From: Octopus bimaculoides
Lineage: Eukaryota
Length of the DNA stretch: 64,000 nucleotides
Direction of reading: 5' to 3'
NCBI RefSeq assembly: GCF_001194135.2
Contig: NC_068997.1
Location: 55,732,231-55,796,230 of the forward strand
Shown: positions 49,561-63,256 of the stretch, in pieces
Layout of the letters: each line of letters opens with the position of its first letter
Numbering within the stretch: position 1 is the stretch's first letter
Translations under genes and position numbers: made by a program
Notes under the pieces: generated by a model
What the model was told of the DNA's origin: nothing
Databases searched by the model: none
The model's input: only the letters and a program-made list of their open reading frames with translations

Positions 49561-52552
49561 TAAATTCTGTGAGCTCTTCAGTTTTCTCATTCATGTCTGG
49601 CAAATTTTAACATTTACAGACAAAGTTAAAAAGATTTTCTGTTTCTCAAATTCTGTTTTCAGAAAATAGTTCCAGGGTAAATGAAATAAAATGTTTACAT
49701 TTTAATAAAAAAATACTGTTGACAACTTTCATTATAAATTTCAATAATTATTTTTCATGACCAATAAATTATCTTAGTTGTTGTTTAACCCTAGGCGAGT
49801 TAACCCAACCTTCATGTTGTTTAACCCCAGACGAGTTCTGATCCAGCAGACCTATAATCACAGGTTTTCTATCTGTTGTTATTATGTTTTCTTCAGGTAT
49901 AGTATATCTCGGAATACATTATGCAATGCTTATCTCTCTCTCTCTTACTTTCTTTAAGGAGGTAGAATAGGATCTGAAGGAGATTTGACTATTATTTTGT
50001 GTAAATCAAGTGAATGTGTAAATGCAAGACTCTCTTATTGGCTCATAATTTACATCATCTTCACCCCAGTCATCATTTATGCCTACTTTCCATGCTGGCA
50101 TGGGTTGAATGGCCATCACAAGTGGAAGTTAGTACCCGTTCAAGCATACTGGACATCAAGATAGATAGAAGAATTACATTGTGCTCATGGTTCATTCTTG
50201 CAACCAATTTATAAAGTGTACTGGGTACTTTAATCAGGGCACCAGCACTAGAAAGGCAAGCATTTTCTCAACAGGTCTAAAGGGTTCTCACAACCACACA
50301 TCTCTGTTCACCTCTAGGCAGAGTGATAGCAAAGATGAAAGATTTAACAATCATAGTATATGATTGATATAGAGACATCCAGAATTCTGCAATAGATACG
50401 TGTTGCGGGTGACAAAATTCTGTCACCTTGTTTAATGGTACAACCTCAAAACTGGCTGCTTTTAGCAAAGTCTTCCATTCTGTTGAAAGCAATCGGGCCA
50501 CAACTCTGGTCTGAGGTTAACTTTTAAAGATCAGAGCACTGTTCTCCTCTCATTTTTATGAAAAAGTATATGAAAAATAGTTTTGAAATAATAATAATAA
50601 TAATAATAATAATGATAAGAAGAAGAAGAGGAGGAGGAGCAGGAGAAAACGACAACAACAGCAACAATAATGTGTCATAAAGTTCTCCTGAATAGAGCAC
50701 CTGACATGATGTGTGCTTGGTGTGTTTTGTATCATGATTGAAGCCCTTGGTTTAATTCTGAATTTTATCTCTTTTACGTAATCTATAAAGTAAACAACAC
50801 TTCAAAGAGAAACATTAAAAGTGATAAATGGAATAAATAGCACAAAAGGTAAAGAAACACACAGATAAAATAAACGAGGATTTATTAAATATTATAGAAT
50901 AACATGAAAACAAATGTAAAATAATTGTAAAATACCACAGACAAACACGGTAGTGTCATAATCAAAGAATAGAATAGTTATCGACTGAAGCAGCTTATTT
51001 TTGTGTGTTTGTCTGTGTTTGCTGATTTTCAATGCACACTATGATACGGATTGATTCCTGGTATCACATATTAGCAGCAAAATCCCTTCATAAATTAAAC
51101 TCACTCTGAATTGCATATAAATAAATATAGAGTCATCATACCTATGTGTATTTAGTTATGCTGTGAACTAAATCTTGTGATTACATTGGTATAAAACCAC
51201 AACTGGATAATTCCTGGTCAAACTAGCTAATCTCATAGTTACATAACAGAATCCTGCAGATACCAGCAGAAATTATGGAAATGTATATTAAGAAAATTGA
51301 ATGATAACAACGTAATGGCAATAGTGATAGTAAGAATAAGATAAAGCATTTTTTAAAATAATAGAAATAATAATAATAATAATAATAATAATGTGTGTGT
51401 GTGTATATATGCATGTACATACATGTGTGTTTGTATATCTATATACATATATATACATGTAGTGATATTGAAATAAAAGCATCAAATGAAGGATGTTAAG
51501 ATGACAATATTAATGAATACAGTTTTTTAAAAAGACTCAGTTTATTTATTTATTTTATGTACTCCAGAAAGGATTGTTAATAAATTCAAAACTATTCACA
51601 CAGCCTAGTAATTAGTTCTTAGAAGAAAATAAATCCATTTTTGTAATTTTACAGGAGGATTTATAGTAAAGAAATCTATAATTTCCAACTTAGATCAGAT
51701 ATATTTTTATTGTTTGAATTGATTTTATTTGTTTAGGTACAAAATCAATATTTGAAAGGAAGGATGTATGGTTGATTAACCTGGCAGAAATATCTGGTTG
51801 GTTAAGAGAAATGGTGCCATGTCTTCACATCAGCTTAAATCTTCACAGCTGAGGATCTGAAATAAATATCTGTACATTTATCAACATTATACATGTTTCA
51901 GATATTCTGCATTACACTGTTTTATATAAGTCATTTTGTTTTTAGCTTTACATCTAATGAATAAGTAAATACATGTTATTTTAAGTACTAAACTCTTTCC
52001 CTTCCATTTGGGCCACCAAACGTATATATATATATGTGTATATATATATTATGCATGTATATTCAGTTAGCTTTTTGCTAATGAAATGATTACATGAGAA
52101 CCGTTTTTATTGAAACAAGTGTACAAACGAAGATTTTGAAGTTTCAGCAATTTGTTCTGTTATTCTTTCATGTTTTGTTTTTTTTTGTTTTGTTTTTTTT
52201 CCGATGTTTTAGCCTACCTCCAAATATATATACGTCATCATACTTGGTTAAGCATGCAGTATTGGAGTACTGGAATACTGGAGTTGAACCTAGCATAAAT
52301 ATGCTCAAATATACTGGTAATAGGTTGTGCACTTGAAGTACATTGTGTGTGTGTGCGTACATGTAAGTGTGTATGTGTGTGTGATATTGATAAATATGTG
52401 TGAAACGATATACAGAGCTGAGAGAAACCTTAAAAATTGCTGATATGTCAGTGTTTCTGTTAGAAATACTCCAGTCACTGATTGGTCCGTGAGAAACATA
52501 GAACCAGTTACGTTATTGAAATATTAAATAAATCAATAAATAAATAGCACTA

Positions 52553-52682
52553 AAGGATGGTAGAATTAGCTGAGCGTTAGCCAAAATAACTGGTTGTATC
52601 TAGTTACAATCATTTAAGTTTTTGAGTTCAAACCCCACGTGGTTTGCTATTTCCTTTTATTTTTCTGGGGTTGATAAAAATC
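52553..52682 (+). mobile_element. Decayed SINE C
   Basis: TTTTGAGTTCAAACCCC...GGGGTTGATAAAAA. Confidence 0.5.
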
Positions 52683-54019
52683 AACAATTTCATAAATAAA
52701 ATATGTAGCTTTAGAGCTGAGTTAGAATTCAGTATTTCCTTGTATTAAAGGTTTTTGCTACCTTAGCATTAAATGCTTAGATATTTTCGGATAATTTTTT
52801 AGAATTTATTAATCAATTACAAACCTTTTTCACTTCTTTAAATTCAGCAGACATCTTGGAAACTATCCACATAACTTTTAGTATTAATTGCCTCTCCATG
52901 CATATTTGATGGGGAAAACCACCAACCATAAAAAATACTCATGAAACAAACAAAAAAATAAATAAAACCCACATATTTATATACTTTCAGCATCTCAGAT
53001 TCTTAAGGATTCGCAAAGAAGCTGAAATTTGATTATTCCAACTAATCTTTGTATGTCTTGTGTGATGGCATCAGATTTCTCAAGAATTTACACCTCAACT
53101 TTTTAAAATGCATCTCTTAAAATATTAATAGTTTATGAGATGATCCCAAAAGAAATATCTGCAGTTTATTGCTTTAAACACATCGTTTCATTGTCAGCAC
53201 CTTCCATTTTGGTATTTGTGATGTAAGTAACATGGACAAGTAAAAATCTCATCACAAATTTAAGCAATCTTTAATTTTCAGAGACAGCCATTAGATCTTG
53301 TCATAACTTTAAAAAAAATTTACTATTAAACTCTGAAAATATATTTAAATTTCTTTTATTAATTTCATGTTCTAAGATTGGAAAATGCTCTTAAATAATC
53401 TAAAATTTTAAGAGACTGACACATCAAAAATATTGATTAAACTTAGAAAAATAAATCCCATCACTCAATTTATAAGTAGTATTCCAGTTGAATCCCAGCA
53501 AAGTATAGCTAGCATCAATAGATACAGGGGAAAAAAAAGACATTTAAAAAAAAAACCCTTACATGAAATGGCAATTGATTTCTGCATTCACTAAAAGAAA
53601 ATAGCCACTAAGATTAGTCAATACACAGATACATAGGTATACATGCGTACATATATGTGCATGTGTGTGTGTGTATATAAACATTATCAAATATATAAAC
53701 ACACATCATCTTTCAAAGAATTGCCTTTAACAGTTGACGTGTTACTCATTCATTATGTCTTACGCATAAATGCTGCATCATATAGGTAAACACCTAAAGC
53801 ACTTAGAAGATCTTAAAAGCTCAGAAATAAATAGAGAATAATTTGGATACTAAAGCACATCACATTAATATAGAGAATGTGAGAGAAAAAATTATACTGC
53901 TGCTGAGGTAAGCAGCTGTACTTTAGTGCATTTCTCAGTCAGATCGATATCTGAAGCCTACAGACATCACTTAGAAATAAGTTTCGTTTACTATACAAGC
54001 AAATAAATCATTATATCAT

Positions 54020-54600
54020 CATCAGCATCATCATCGTTATGGCCTTCATCCTCATCATCCTCCTTTTTGTCATTGCTGTCATCATCGTCATTGCCAACAT
54101 CTCTTTCATCGTCACTACTATCATCATTGCCATCATCATAACTTTTGTGCTTGCTTTCCCATACTTTGGTCAGTTGGATAAGTTTTCTCAGCAGCTGTTG
54201 TCATTTCATTCATGAAATCCAACAGTTGTAAATCATCCAATGCTTCCTCTATCCATGTCTATCTCGGTCTTTCTCTTCCACAGGATCCTTCCACTTGTAT
54301 CACTTGGCATTTCTCCCTAACATGCCACGTCTAATTCCTTTCACACATCGATTTCTCTCACCTCATTTGTGCTCTGCTGTTTATACACACTAATATGACA
54401 CGTTCAGCAATGAATACTCATTTCTTTTCTTTTCAGCCTCTGCAATCAGTGTCTATGTTGCACAATTATGCAACATTGCATTTCATATGCAAGTGTGTTA
54501 CACTCTGCCCTTCTTTCAAAGAGTGAAGCCCTTTGTTGGTAGCTGAAGCCCTTTGTTGGTAGCTGAAGAAATAACTCCTTGAATATTTCCCACATTGGCC
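54020..54600 (-). mobile_element. RTE LINE 3' end with (GAT)n tail and an internal 20-bp tandem duplication
   Basis: Minus-strand LPTKGFTL*KKGRV...AMLH and GSCGRERPR*TW...DDLQLL; TGAAGCCCTTTGTTGGTAGC occurs twice in tandem at about 54523-54563. Confidence 0.8.
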
Positions 54601-54843
54601 ATATTATGGCTGCTATACATCCCTACGATGAATTAGGTTACCTCGTCTACAGAAATAATCAAATATTTCTATTAAGCAGAATGTTCTCTATGTGGCTCGT
54701 GTGTTCTCGTCTACGTTTGTTTGCAATGTCCTGTACCCAGATATGCACCTATACATACAGGTGGATGTTGGTATGCACATACCTGTACGTATATATGCAT
54801 ATACTCATTTACTATTTGTTTATATATATATATATATATATAT

Positions 54844-55217
54844 NNNNNNNNNNNNNNNNNNNNNNNNNNNNNNNNNNNNNNNNNNNNNNNNNNNNNNNNN
54901 NNNNNNNNNNNNNNNNNNNNNNNNNNNNNNNNNNNNNNNNNNNNNNNNNNNNNNNNNNNNNNNNNNNNNNNNNNNNNNNNNNNNNNNNNNNNNNNNNNNN
55001 NNNNNNNNNNNNNNNNNNNNNNNNNNNNNNNNNNNNNNNNNNNNNNNNNNNNNNNNNNNNNNNNNNNNNNNNNNNNNNNNNNNNNNNNNNNNNNNNNNNN
55101 NNNNNNNNNNNNNNNNNNNNNNNNNNNNNNNNNNNNNNNNNNNNNNNNNNNNNNNNNNNNNNNNNNNNNNNNNNNNNNNNNNNNNNNNNNNNNNNNNNNN
55201 NNNNNNNNNNNNNNNNN
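54844..55217. other. Assembly gap (N run); smaller gaps at 9799-9808, 20966-20997, 22346-22355, about 28796-28805 and 45343-45407
   Basis: N characters; all gaps sit in or beside microsatellites. Confidence 1.
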
Positions 55218-55229
55218 TATATATATAAA

Positions 55230-55250
55230 CACATTTAGATAGATAGATAA

Positions 55251-55289
<39 letters not shown>

Positions 55290-55330
55290 TATAGATAGAT
55301 GGATAGATAGATAGATAGATAGATAGACAT
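55230..55330. repeat. (GATA)n microsatellite
   Basis: Seen directly. Confidence 0.95.
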
Positions 55331-56119
55331 AATCAGACAGCCTCCATTGTGAAGGGATATGTCTAGTCTGATTTAGATAAAATTTATAATACTGAAAGTA
55401 ATGTGTTCAGGTAGTAAGAATGTTTTTGAAATTATTTGCAACATGAATGTCATGTGTGATTATAAAATATTTTAGTTCAAAAAGGATGTTTTTAATATCG
55501 TTAATGTATTACAGAATTTTTAGATTTTTCTTTCTTTCTTTGCATCATGTATATAAAGTTTGCTTTTGTATGTGAAGCATTTATTTTGAAATAGATACTG
55601 TATGACCCTGTAATACTGAGGAAGTATGCAACAACAGTATATCTTGTCTGCATCACTGCTGCTGTTGATGTCCTTTTCCTTGTAAAATTGTGTATTTTTG
55701 TATATTTAATTATTTTTATATAAAAGGTGTTTGTGAAAATGTTTTATAGACATCAAATGATATGTTTGTGTGAAGTTTGCATTTACAAAGTGAAGGATTT
55801 CAACATTTCAAGAATTTATCAGCCAGTCACTTTCACCATTCTCTCAGTTCTGGTATATTGTACCCAAGATTATATTATTCTCTGTATTTAGCAAGTTTTA
55901 AGGTGGTAGGGGAGTGTCTGGAGAAAATAGCTGCGAATTCTTGAGGGTTCAGCAACCACATAGAAGTTTCCTGTCTACCTTGTCTGTACATTTTTTATGG
56001 TGTAGAGAATTAAAATTTGACTGGAATACAATATCTGCAGCCTCACTGGACTTGTAGTGTGTTCCAGCGTAAAGTTTGGGTTAGCAATGGCATTGATGAG
56101 AATTTTATTAATAAATTAG

Positions 56120-56345
56120 TATTTTTTCTCTTATCTTTCACTTGTTTCAGTCATTAGACTGTGGCCATGCTGGGGCACCATGCTGTGACCATGCTGAAGC
56201 ACCTTGAAGAGTTTTTAGTTGAATAAATTGACCCCGGGATTTGTTTTTTAAAGCCTAGTACTTATCGTATCAGTCTCTTTTGCTGAACTGCTAAGTTACT
56301 GAGACATAAACACACCAACACTGTTTGTCAAATGGTTGTGAGGGA
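56120..56345 (-). mobile_element. SINE A tail with a short internal duplication
   Basis: CTTGTTTCAGTCATTAGACTGTGGCCATGCTGGGGCACC followed by ATGCTGTGACCATGCTGAAGCACC; continues GCCTAGTACTTATCGTATCAGTCTC. Confidence 0.85.
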
Positions 56346-57487
56346 TGAGCCCTCAAATTTTTTAGCATCTCATTTGACAAAGTGTCAGGAGAAACTAGAA
56401 AGATAACATAAGAAAGATATTTGAGTTCCTAACCTGAATCTCATTTGAGGCAATGCAGTGATTGTCTTAGGTTGTTCCTACTATTAAAAAAAAATAAACA
56501 AAATAATTCCACAGATAAAATAGAGTAAAAATAGATTTTATCCTTAATTATTATATTAATAATGAAGGTAAAGTATTTAGAGAGTTGGAGTAAATCACAG
56601 CTCATTGTATTTACACCATTAAAAGACATCCATATTCCAACAAAGAATTTGGTTTTTATTTATGTCCAATAATATTGATATCTGAGGATTAAATTTTAAC
56701 CTCGTTTCCCAGAAATCTGCATTTTCATTCAGGAATCTACAAACATTACATAATTACCAGACTGTATCTGTGGTATGCTTATTCTGACATATGTAAGTCA
56801 ATATGACTTCATTTCACTTAATCAGACAGTATCTGTAGATGTTCATGTCAATCTATCTTTAAAAGAAAGTTTTTGTGTAAGAAAATTGGTGAAGTCAGGA
56901 AGTATGAGTGAGCATTCATTACACCACTGCCTCTCTTTATTAGTTTACAACTGAAGATAGATTTCTGTGGCACATTCTATTACAGTAGAATGTCACATGT
57001 TGTGAAGCTGATAAACATCAATAGGAGTAAAATATAAATAACTAGATACGCATAGATATACAATCATTGATTTATTTAAAGCAAAAGAGAAAGCTGTAGG
57101 ACATGTTAATCAGTAGAACTGGGGCCAATACACACTAGAAGAAAAAAGAAAGACATTTAAATGATAGAAGGAAGAACAAATATCTATATATAATGACAAC
57201 ATAGCTAGCAGAAACTAATTGATCAGAGCAGATAATAACATTTCCATGTGAGAATTTGAAATAATGGCTTTTCGCAATCTTGTCTTGAAATGAAAATGTT
57301 TTCTCTCATGTTTGTTTTGAGGAAATAAGATGGCATTATTAGATAAGAAAGCATAAGTAATTTACCTGTATATCAATTTATGAACATTTAAGATGTATGC
57401 TTGTAAATTAACATTGAATTAGTCAAACAATTCATTTCATGCAGTACAGAGAAAGAAAATATCAATATCAACGTGCATGCATGCATG

Positions 57488-57532
<45 letters not shown>

Positions 57533-57629
57533 AGAAACTGCATGAAGCCTGTAGTGTATGTATATAAGTAAATTTATGCATATTTGTGTGTGTATATATA
57601 CGGTAACTGTATTAAACCTGCAGTGTGTA

Positions 57630-57668
<39 letters not shown>

Positions 57669-58134
57669 ATAAATATATATATATATATATATATTGTTTA
57701 TATATGTGTGTATATGGTAAGTATGTTAAACCTGCAGTATATGTGTATGTATGTATGTATGTGTGTATATGGTTAGTATATTAAAATGGAGTTGTATGTA
57801 TATCTATATATGTATGTAAATATATTAATTTCTATAATGAAAATGTTGACAGTGACCTCAAAGTTTAAGTCTTTTGCATGTGAATTGATATGTACTAAAA
57901 AGTATTGAATGATCCTTCCATTTAATATGAAATTGTTTTTCTATATAAGTTTTTAAAAATAAAATTAACGAGTGTGTATGTATGTGTGCATGTGTGTGTC
58001 TCTGTGTGTGTGAGTGTGTGAATATGTGCAATTGTTGTTATTTCATTTGCCATTGTTTGAAGTAAAACAGCACTGATTTTGACATCCATGGTTGACAGCA
58101 ATCGTGGAATATAAAAATCTCTTAGACAACAGGA

Positions 58135-58410
58135 AGAGCATTGTGTGGTAAGAAGCTTGCTTCCCAACCATATGGTTCTGGGTTCAGTCTCACTGCGTGA
58201 CACCTTGGGCAAGTTTCTTCCACTTTTCCTGTACCACCAGCACAAGTGTCAGGAAGGCGACGTTGGTAACGATCACGCTCAAATTGTTACCAACGTCGCC
58301 TTCCTGGCACTTGTGCCGGTGGCACGTGAAAAGACATTCGAGATAATTGCCATTGAAAATGACAGAGGGTGTTAGGAACACCCACAATGCTAGAAACAAG
58401 AGCTAGAAAT
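58135..58410 (+). mobile_element. Chimeric SINE: family A head, fold-back of a family D unit, D tail start
   Basis: Head GTGTGGTAAGAAGCTTGCTTCCCAACC...GGGTTCAGTCTC...CCTTGGGCAAGTTTCTTC, then the inverted repeat at 58223-58333, then GGTGTTAGGAACACCC. Confidence 0.85.
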
Positions 58411-58534
58411 TTCTGGCATGGTAGGTGCTTCTAACATCTTCTGTTATTTTTAATGGCAAATATAATTTTCCTTTTTGATTTCTAAACTGCTGCCTAATTT
58501 AATTAACACACACACACACGTGTGTATGTATATG

Positions 58535-58569
<35 letters not shown>

Positions 58570-58572
<3 letters not shown>

Positions 58573-58790
58573 TTTGCGTCTGCATTTGTGCCCCGCCAAC
58601 GCTTGACAACTGGTGTTGGTATGTTTACATCTCAGTAACTAACAATTTCAGCAAAAGAGGCTGATAGAATAAGTACTAGGCTCAAAGGAATTAGTCCTGG
58701 GGTTGATTTGCTCAACTAAATTCCTTCAAATCAGTGCTCCAGCATGGCCACAGTCAAATGACTGAAACAAGTGAAAGATAAAAGATATGA
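58570..58790 (+). mobile_element. SINE A tail after (TG)n
   Basis: GCTTGACAACTGGTGTTGG...GATAGAATAAGTACTAGGCT...GTGCTCCAGCATGGCCACAGTCAAATGACTGAAACAAG. Confidence 0.9.
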
Positions 58791-60550
58791 CATCACTAGT
58801 ACACTAGTTATTTGACCAAAATGCCCTGGCCTCTGTCTGTATGCTGCAAATGTTAAGCACAGACTAATGATCTGTACATATGCCACACGCAACTTTTCAT
58901 AACAGTTTTTTTTTTTTTTTAGCATAATACTGTGACTTATTTGCAAGCATAATTGTTTAGAATTTAAAATTTCTATGACTTATATGGAGTTGCAAGAGTA
59001 TTCCTCAATCTTTTGAAATAATTTCTGGTTAATGCAAATGAGAAAAACAATTCACTAAATATTAAATAGTGGGATATTTATTGTTTCATTTCTAGTCTCT
59101 TAATTATGCACGAAACATCTTAAATTTTGATTCAGTAAACAATACAAAGACATGCTGTTACTGTAAAGTTTTCAAAAACCTTTTAAAATTGCCATTAGAT
59201 AATTAATTGACAAACAATGAAGGTAAATGGTAATAATCAGTTTGAATCACTTCCTTTTGTTTTCCTGCAAAAGAAATATTTTGAGATGAAATATCTATCA
59301 AACTTTGAAATCAAATTTAAATAATGATATCATTTTAAACAACATTTCATTGTATCTTTCTGTTATTTAAAAACAACATTGCAACTTCAAACTTTCAAAT
59401 ACAGTTTCATTCTAAATATGACGTAGAAAACATATGCAATCCAAGTTGCATTTTGAGAGCAGCTTGGGTTGGACTGGTTGTCTGAAACAAGGTTTTGTAG
59501 CCTGAGGCCCTTCCTGTAAAGGTGAGAATTATGAGAAGAGAAAACAATGAGAATTACTAGATATAAAAAGCTTAAAACAACTTTACTTAATATGTGTCTT
59601 GGTTTCATTATTTAATAGAATCGGAAAGGAAGATGTAACAACCATGCTTGTCTCAAAGATGATGATGGAGATAATGAAATAACACATAGATTTTAGATTG
59701 CCCCTCCATGTCTAACAAAAACTGGGTCGTAATTGAAACATTGCTTCTATCTGTAACAGGGACTAGATTTTAACTGAAATGTTCCCACTCCCTGTAACAG
59801 AAACTCAGTCATAGTTATAACACTGCTTCTACACACACACACACACAGGCAATAGATACACAGGAAGAACAAATGGCACAAATAAGAGAATTATTGACCA
59901 AATATTGTACGTAATTTTATTTATTGTCTTTAGTTCCCAATTTCAAATCCTGTTCCTTTCAGCTTTCACTTTCATAGCTGACAAGCTAATCACCGATATT
60001 GTATTGGGGAGGATTAATTCAACTATAACCCTCGCCTGTTTCTAAATAAACTTACAAAAAGAAAAGCAAAACAATACATCCCCTCTGTCATATCTGGAAA
60101 TCAATATAGTGACCGACAGTAGAAATGGTATTTTTTTATGTTATGGAACTAACATTCCAATGTTTGCCCAGCCAACCAATATTTCTTAATTTAGATACTA
60201 CTATTACTACTACTTCTGCAACTACTACTGTGCTGTTATTGACAACTTTTACTGAAAGTTAATTTCTCAATTTCTCATAAAATGCTTTCTTGATAATCTA
60301 AGTTTGTACTAAAAAACATCAATCAGGAATAACGATGGCAAGGGTTTTTTTTATTTTTCAATTGTTTTTATTTTATAATAATGATAATAATAATAATGAT
60401 AATTGTGATGATAATAATAATAATAATGAGATGCAATTTAATTTACAAATTTGCTTGACCCACGAAGGGAGATAATTAAAAGTTGTTATTTTCTCCATTT
60501 TTTTTTTTTATATTTTATTTATTTCATTTTAATAGTTTTCTTCCTCATAG

Positions 60551-60584
60551 TTACCAAAGCTCAGCTGCGCCAAACAATTGACAA
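60551..60584 (+). CDS. Candidate 34-nt exon of an unidentified gene
   Basis: Long polypyrimidine tract ending TTCCTCATAG, a GC-richer exon body reading xTKAQLRQTID(K/N) or LPKLSCAKQLT, and donor GTAAGA. No homology support. Confidence 0.3.
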
Positions 60585-60721
60585 GTAAGACTTTTTATAA
60601 GATTTTTGAATTGAAATGAACAAAGATTGCTTTTGCAAATAACTACTAAATTAAAACCGCAAAAATGTTCTAGTCACTTTTGATTATAAAAGTAAATCTG
60701 ATCTTGTGATATGAATAATAA

Positions 60722-60835
<114 letters not shown>

Positions 60836-61190
60836 TGAATGAATGAATTGAGAGAAAAATCAATCCAGCAATTTATGAGCTTAGATAGAGATGCAGTAAA
60901 ACAAAAGACTAGCAGAATAATTGCAGAGAATATTGACGTATTCCTTCAGTTCATATAAAAAGTCATAAAAAGAGCTTTACTGCAAAATATAGAGAATTTC
61001 TTTGTGATTGTTAGACAATGTGGAAATTAGAAAAAAAAAAATGAAAATAAAAAATATGAATAATAGTTATTCATAAGAAATCTCCCCCCCCCTCCCCAAT
61101 TTTAACTAAATCAAAAGTTAAGTGATCAATAAAAATGTAGTGATTTATATATAAATGATACATTGTCTGGTTGTTTATAATGACTAAAGA

Positions 61191-61258
<68 letters not shown>

Positions 61259-62013
61259 CATTAATAATATTATTAATAATAATGTTAATGACGATGATGA
61301 TGATTATAAATTGTATAATATATTTTCAATTACCTTTTACAATTATTGCTTCCTTATTTATTATCCATCTCCAAGATAATGGTGAAATATGCACCAGTAC
61401 TTCACTTTACAGAACTACCTACAACAATTCTTTTCTAGCCATCATTGAAAAACACAAAACTTTCCTTCCTTGAAAACAAACACACACAGACATTTATAGA
61501 TAGAGAATTATTTTGTCTTTTTAAACTGTCATATTGTGAAAAATAATAACAAAACATGTCTTTGTCCATTTTCATTTTCTTTTAATATTCATTGATATTT
61601 GTCTCTTTTGTTTGTTTATGTGATTTTTTTTTCTTCCAAAGATTTCCATTGTATCAACACTGTGAAGTCAAAGGACCTGAACATCCAGAATTGACAGATG
61701 TTTTTTTTTTTCTTTTTTTTATTTCTATTGAAGCTGTTATAAGGATTGCTGCCAGAATAACATAATTAGAAACATTTTAATCCATTCGTCATCTGTTGCT
61801 TTTGCATGTTGAGAGAGTTACATTGGCTTCATGAGTACATGGACTCTTTCTATGGCATCTTAGATATGATAGAGATTTGCACGTTACTAGAATTTTTCAA
61901 ATGATAGTTTCACTATACTCGTTGACTTAATACAATATAATACAGAGATTCTCGTTCAAAGTTAATCTTAGAGAAAGTACAATGCTGAAATGAAACTATT
62001 AACATTTGATGTT

Positions 62014-62069
<56 letters not shown>

Positions 62070-62197
62070 TGATGATAATAATAATGATGATGTTAAAGCA
62101 GTACATTCCATTTGTCTTTAGACAGACAGGAAGAAAGTTCATATTTCTTAATGTTGTTTAGCTCCTAGTCTAACCCTGTCCCAATAAACTTCTAATT

Positions 62198-62550
62198 CAA
62201 TGGCCCTCAATCTGGGTCCTTATGTTTCCAGAGGTTCACATAAGATTTTGTGGGGTTCATACAAGCAAAAGAGTATATTAGGGTTCCATATTAGCGTTTT
62301 AAAGATCAGCAAAACAAACTTGATTTAGATCTGTTTATTGCTTGAAACAGCCATGATTCTTTCTCTAAGGTTTTACTTAGTTCAGCAGACATAAATGAAT
62401 GCGTGAAAAACAGAATGAGAATTTTGAAAGAAATATCAATAAAACCAGATTTTAAGCATCGAATGGCTACATAGGGGTGGGGGTGGGGTCCGCAAGAGTA
62501 AATTAGTAATCAGAATAGTTCATAAAAAAAAACATGGTTGAGAAATATTG
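62198..62550. mobile_element. Non-autonomous hAT (Charlie-like) MITE nested in a family E repeat
   Basis: Ends CAATGGCCCTCAATC and GGTTGAGAAATATTG resemble CAGTGGTTCTCAACC-type TIRs; 8-bp TSD TTCTAATT (62190-97) and TTCTAATG (62551-58). Confidence 0.8.
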
Positions 62551-62861
62551 TTCTAATGAAAGCTTTGATTAGAAGTCTTTGGCATTGCATTGATTCTATG
62601 GTCTGGTTCCAAATATAGAACACCTAGGGCTAAATTAATAAATCCTTCCTTTTTTAAGAGAGCAAGGTGTGATTTGAAGAATATTTCATTGATATTTCTA
62701 ACAAACTAAGCTTCTCATTCTTTTTTCTTTTGTTACATACTGTATATCTTGTACTACATTTCTGAATGTGTCCTTCTCTGTTAGGTGATATAGATAATAA
62801 TTTGAGGAAGATTTAGTTACTATTTCTTACAAAACATCATAGTCTTCTGTTGTATCTTTGT

Positions 62862-63240
62862 CTTTTATCTTTTACTTGTTTCAATTATTACTCTGAGGCC
62901 ATGCTGGGGCACTGCTCTGAAGAGGTTTAGCTGAATACATTGTGCCAGTACTTTTGCCTTAAGCCCAGTACTTATTCTATCAGTTTCTTTTGTTGAACTG
63001 CTAAGTTATGGGCATATAAACACACCAACACCAGTTCTCAAGCAGTGTAGGAGGACCAGCACACACACACATATGTATGGTGGGTTTCTTTCCGTTTCTG
63101 TCTACTGAATCCACTCACAAGGCTTTGGTTGGTACAAATTTATAGTAGAAGACACTTGCTCAAGGTGTCACACACTGGGACTGAACCTAGAACTATGTGG
63201 TTGGTAAGGCAACTTCTTTACCTACAGCCATGCTTGTGCC
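62862..63240 (-). mobile_element. SINE A, full length
   Basis: Reverse complement of head, short (TG)n and tail A1 (GGCCATGCTGGGGCAC; AATCCACTCACAAGGCTTTGG; TAGTAGAAGACACTTGC; CAGCCATGC). Confidence 0.92.
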
Positions 63241-63256
63241 TATATATATTTGATTT

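Noticed and set aside
50408-50428. Small hairpin GGTGACA-AAATTC-TGTCACC
   Set aside because: A 7-bp stem is expected by chance.
54579-55242. The longest ORFs in the track (140-219 aa)
   Set aside because: They run through the 374-bp N gap, so they are artefacts.
62473-62490. G-rich run as a possible G-quadruplex
   Set aside because: Only three G-tracts, and it lies inside the hAT MITE.
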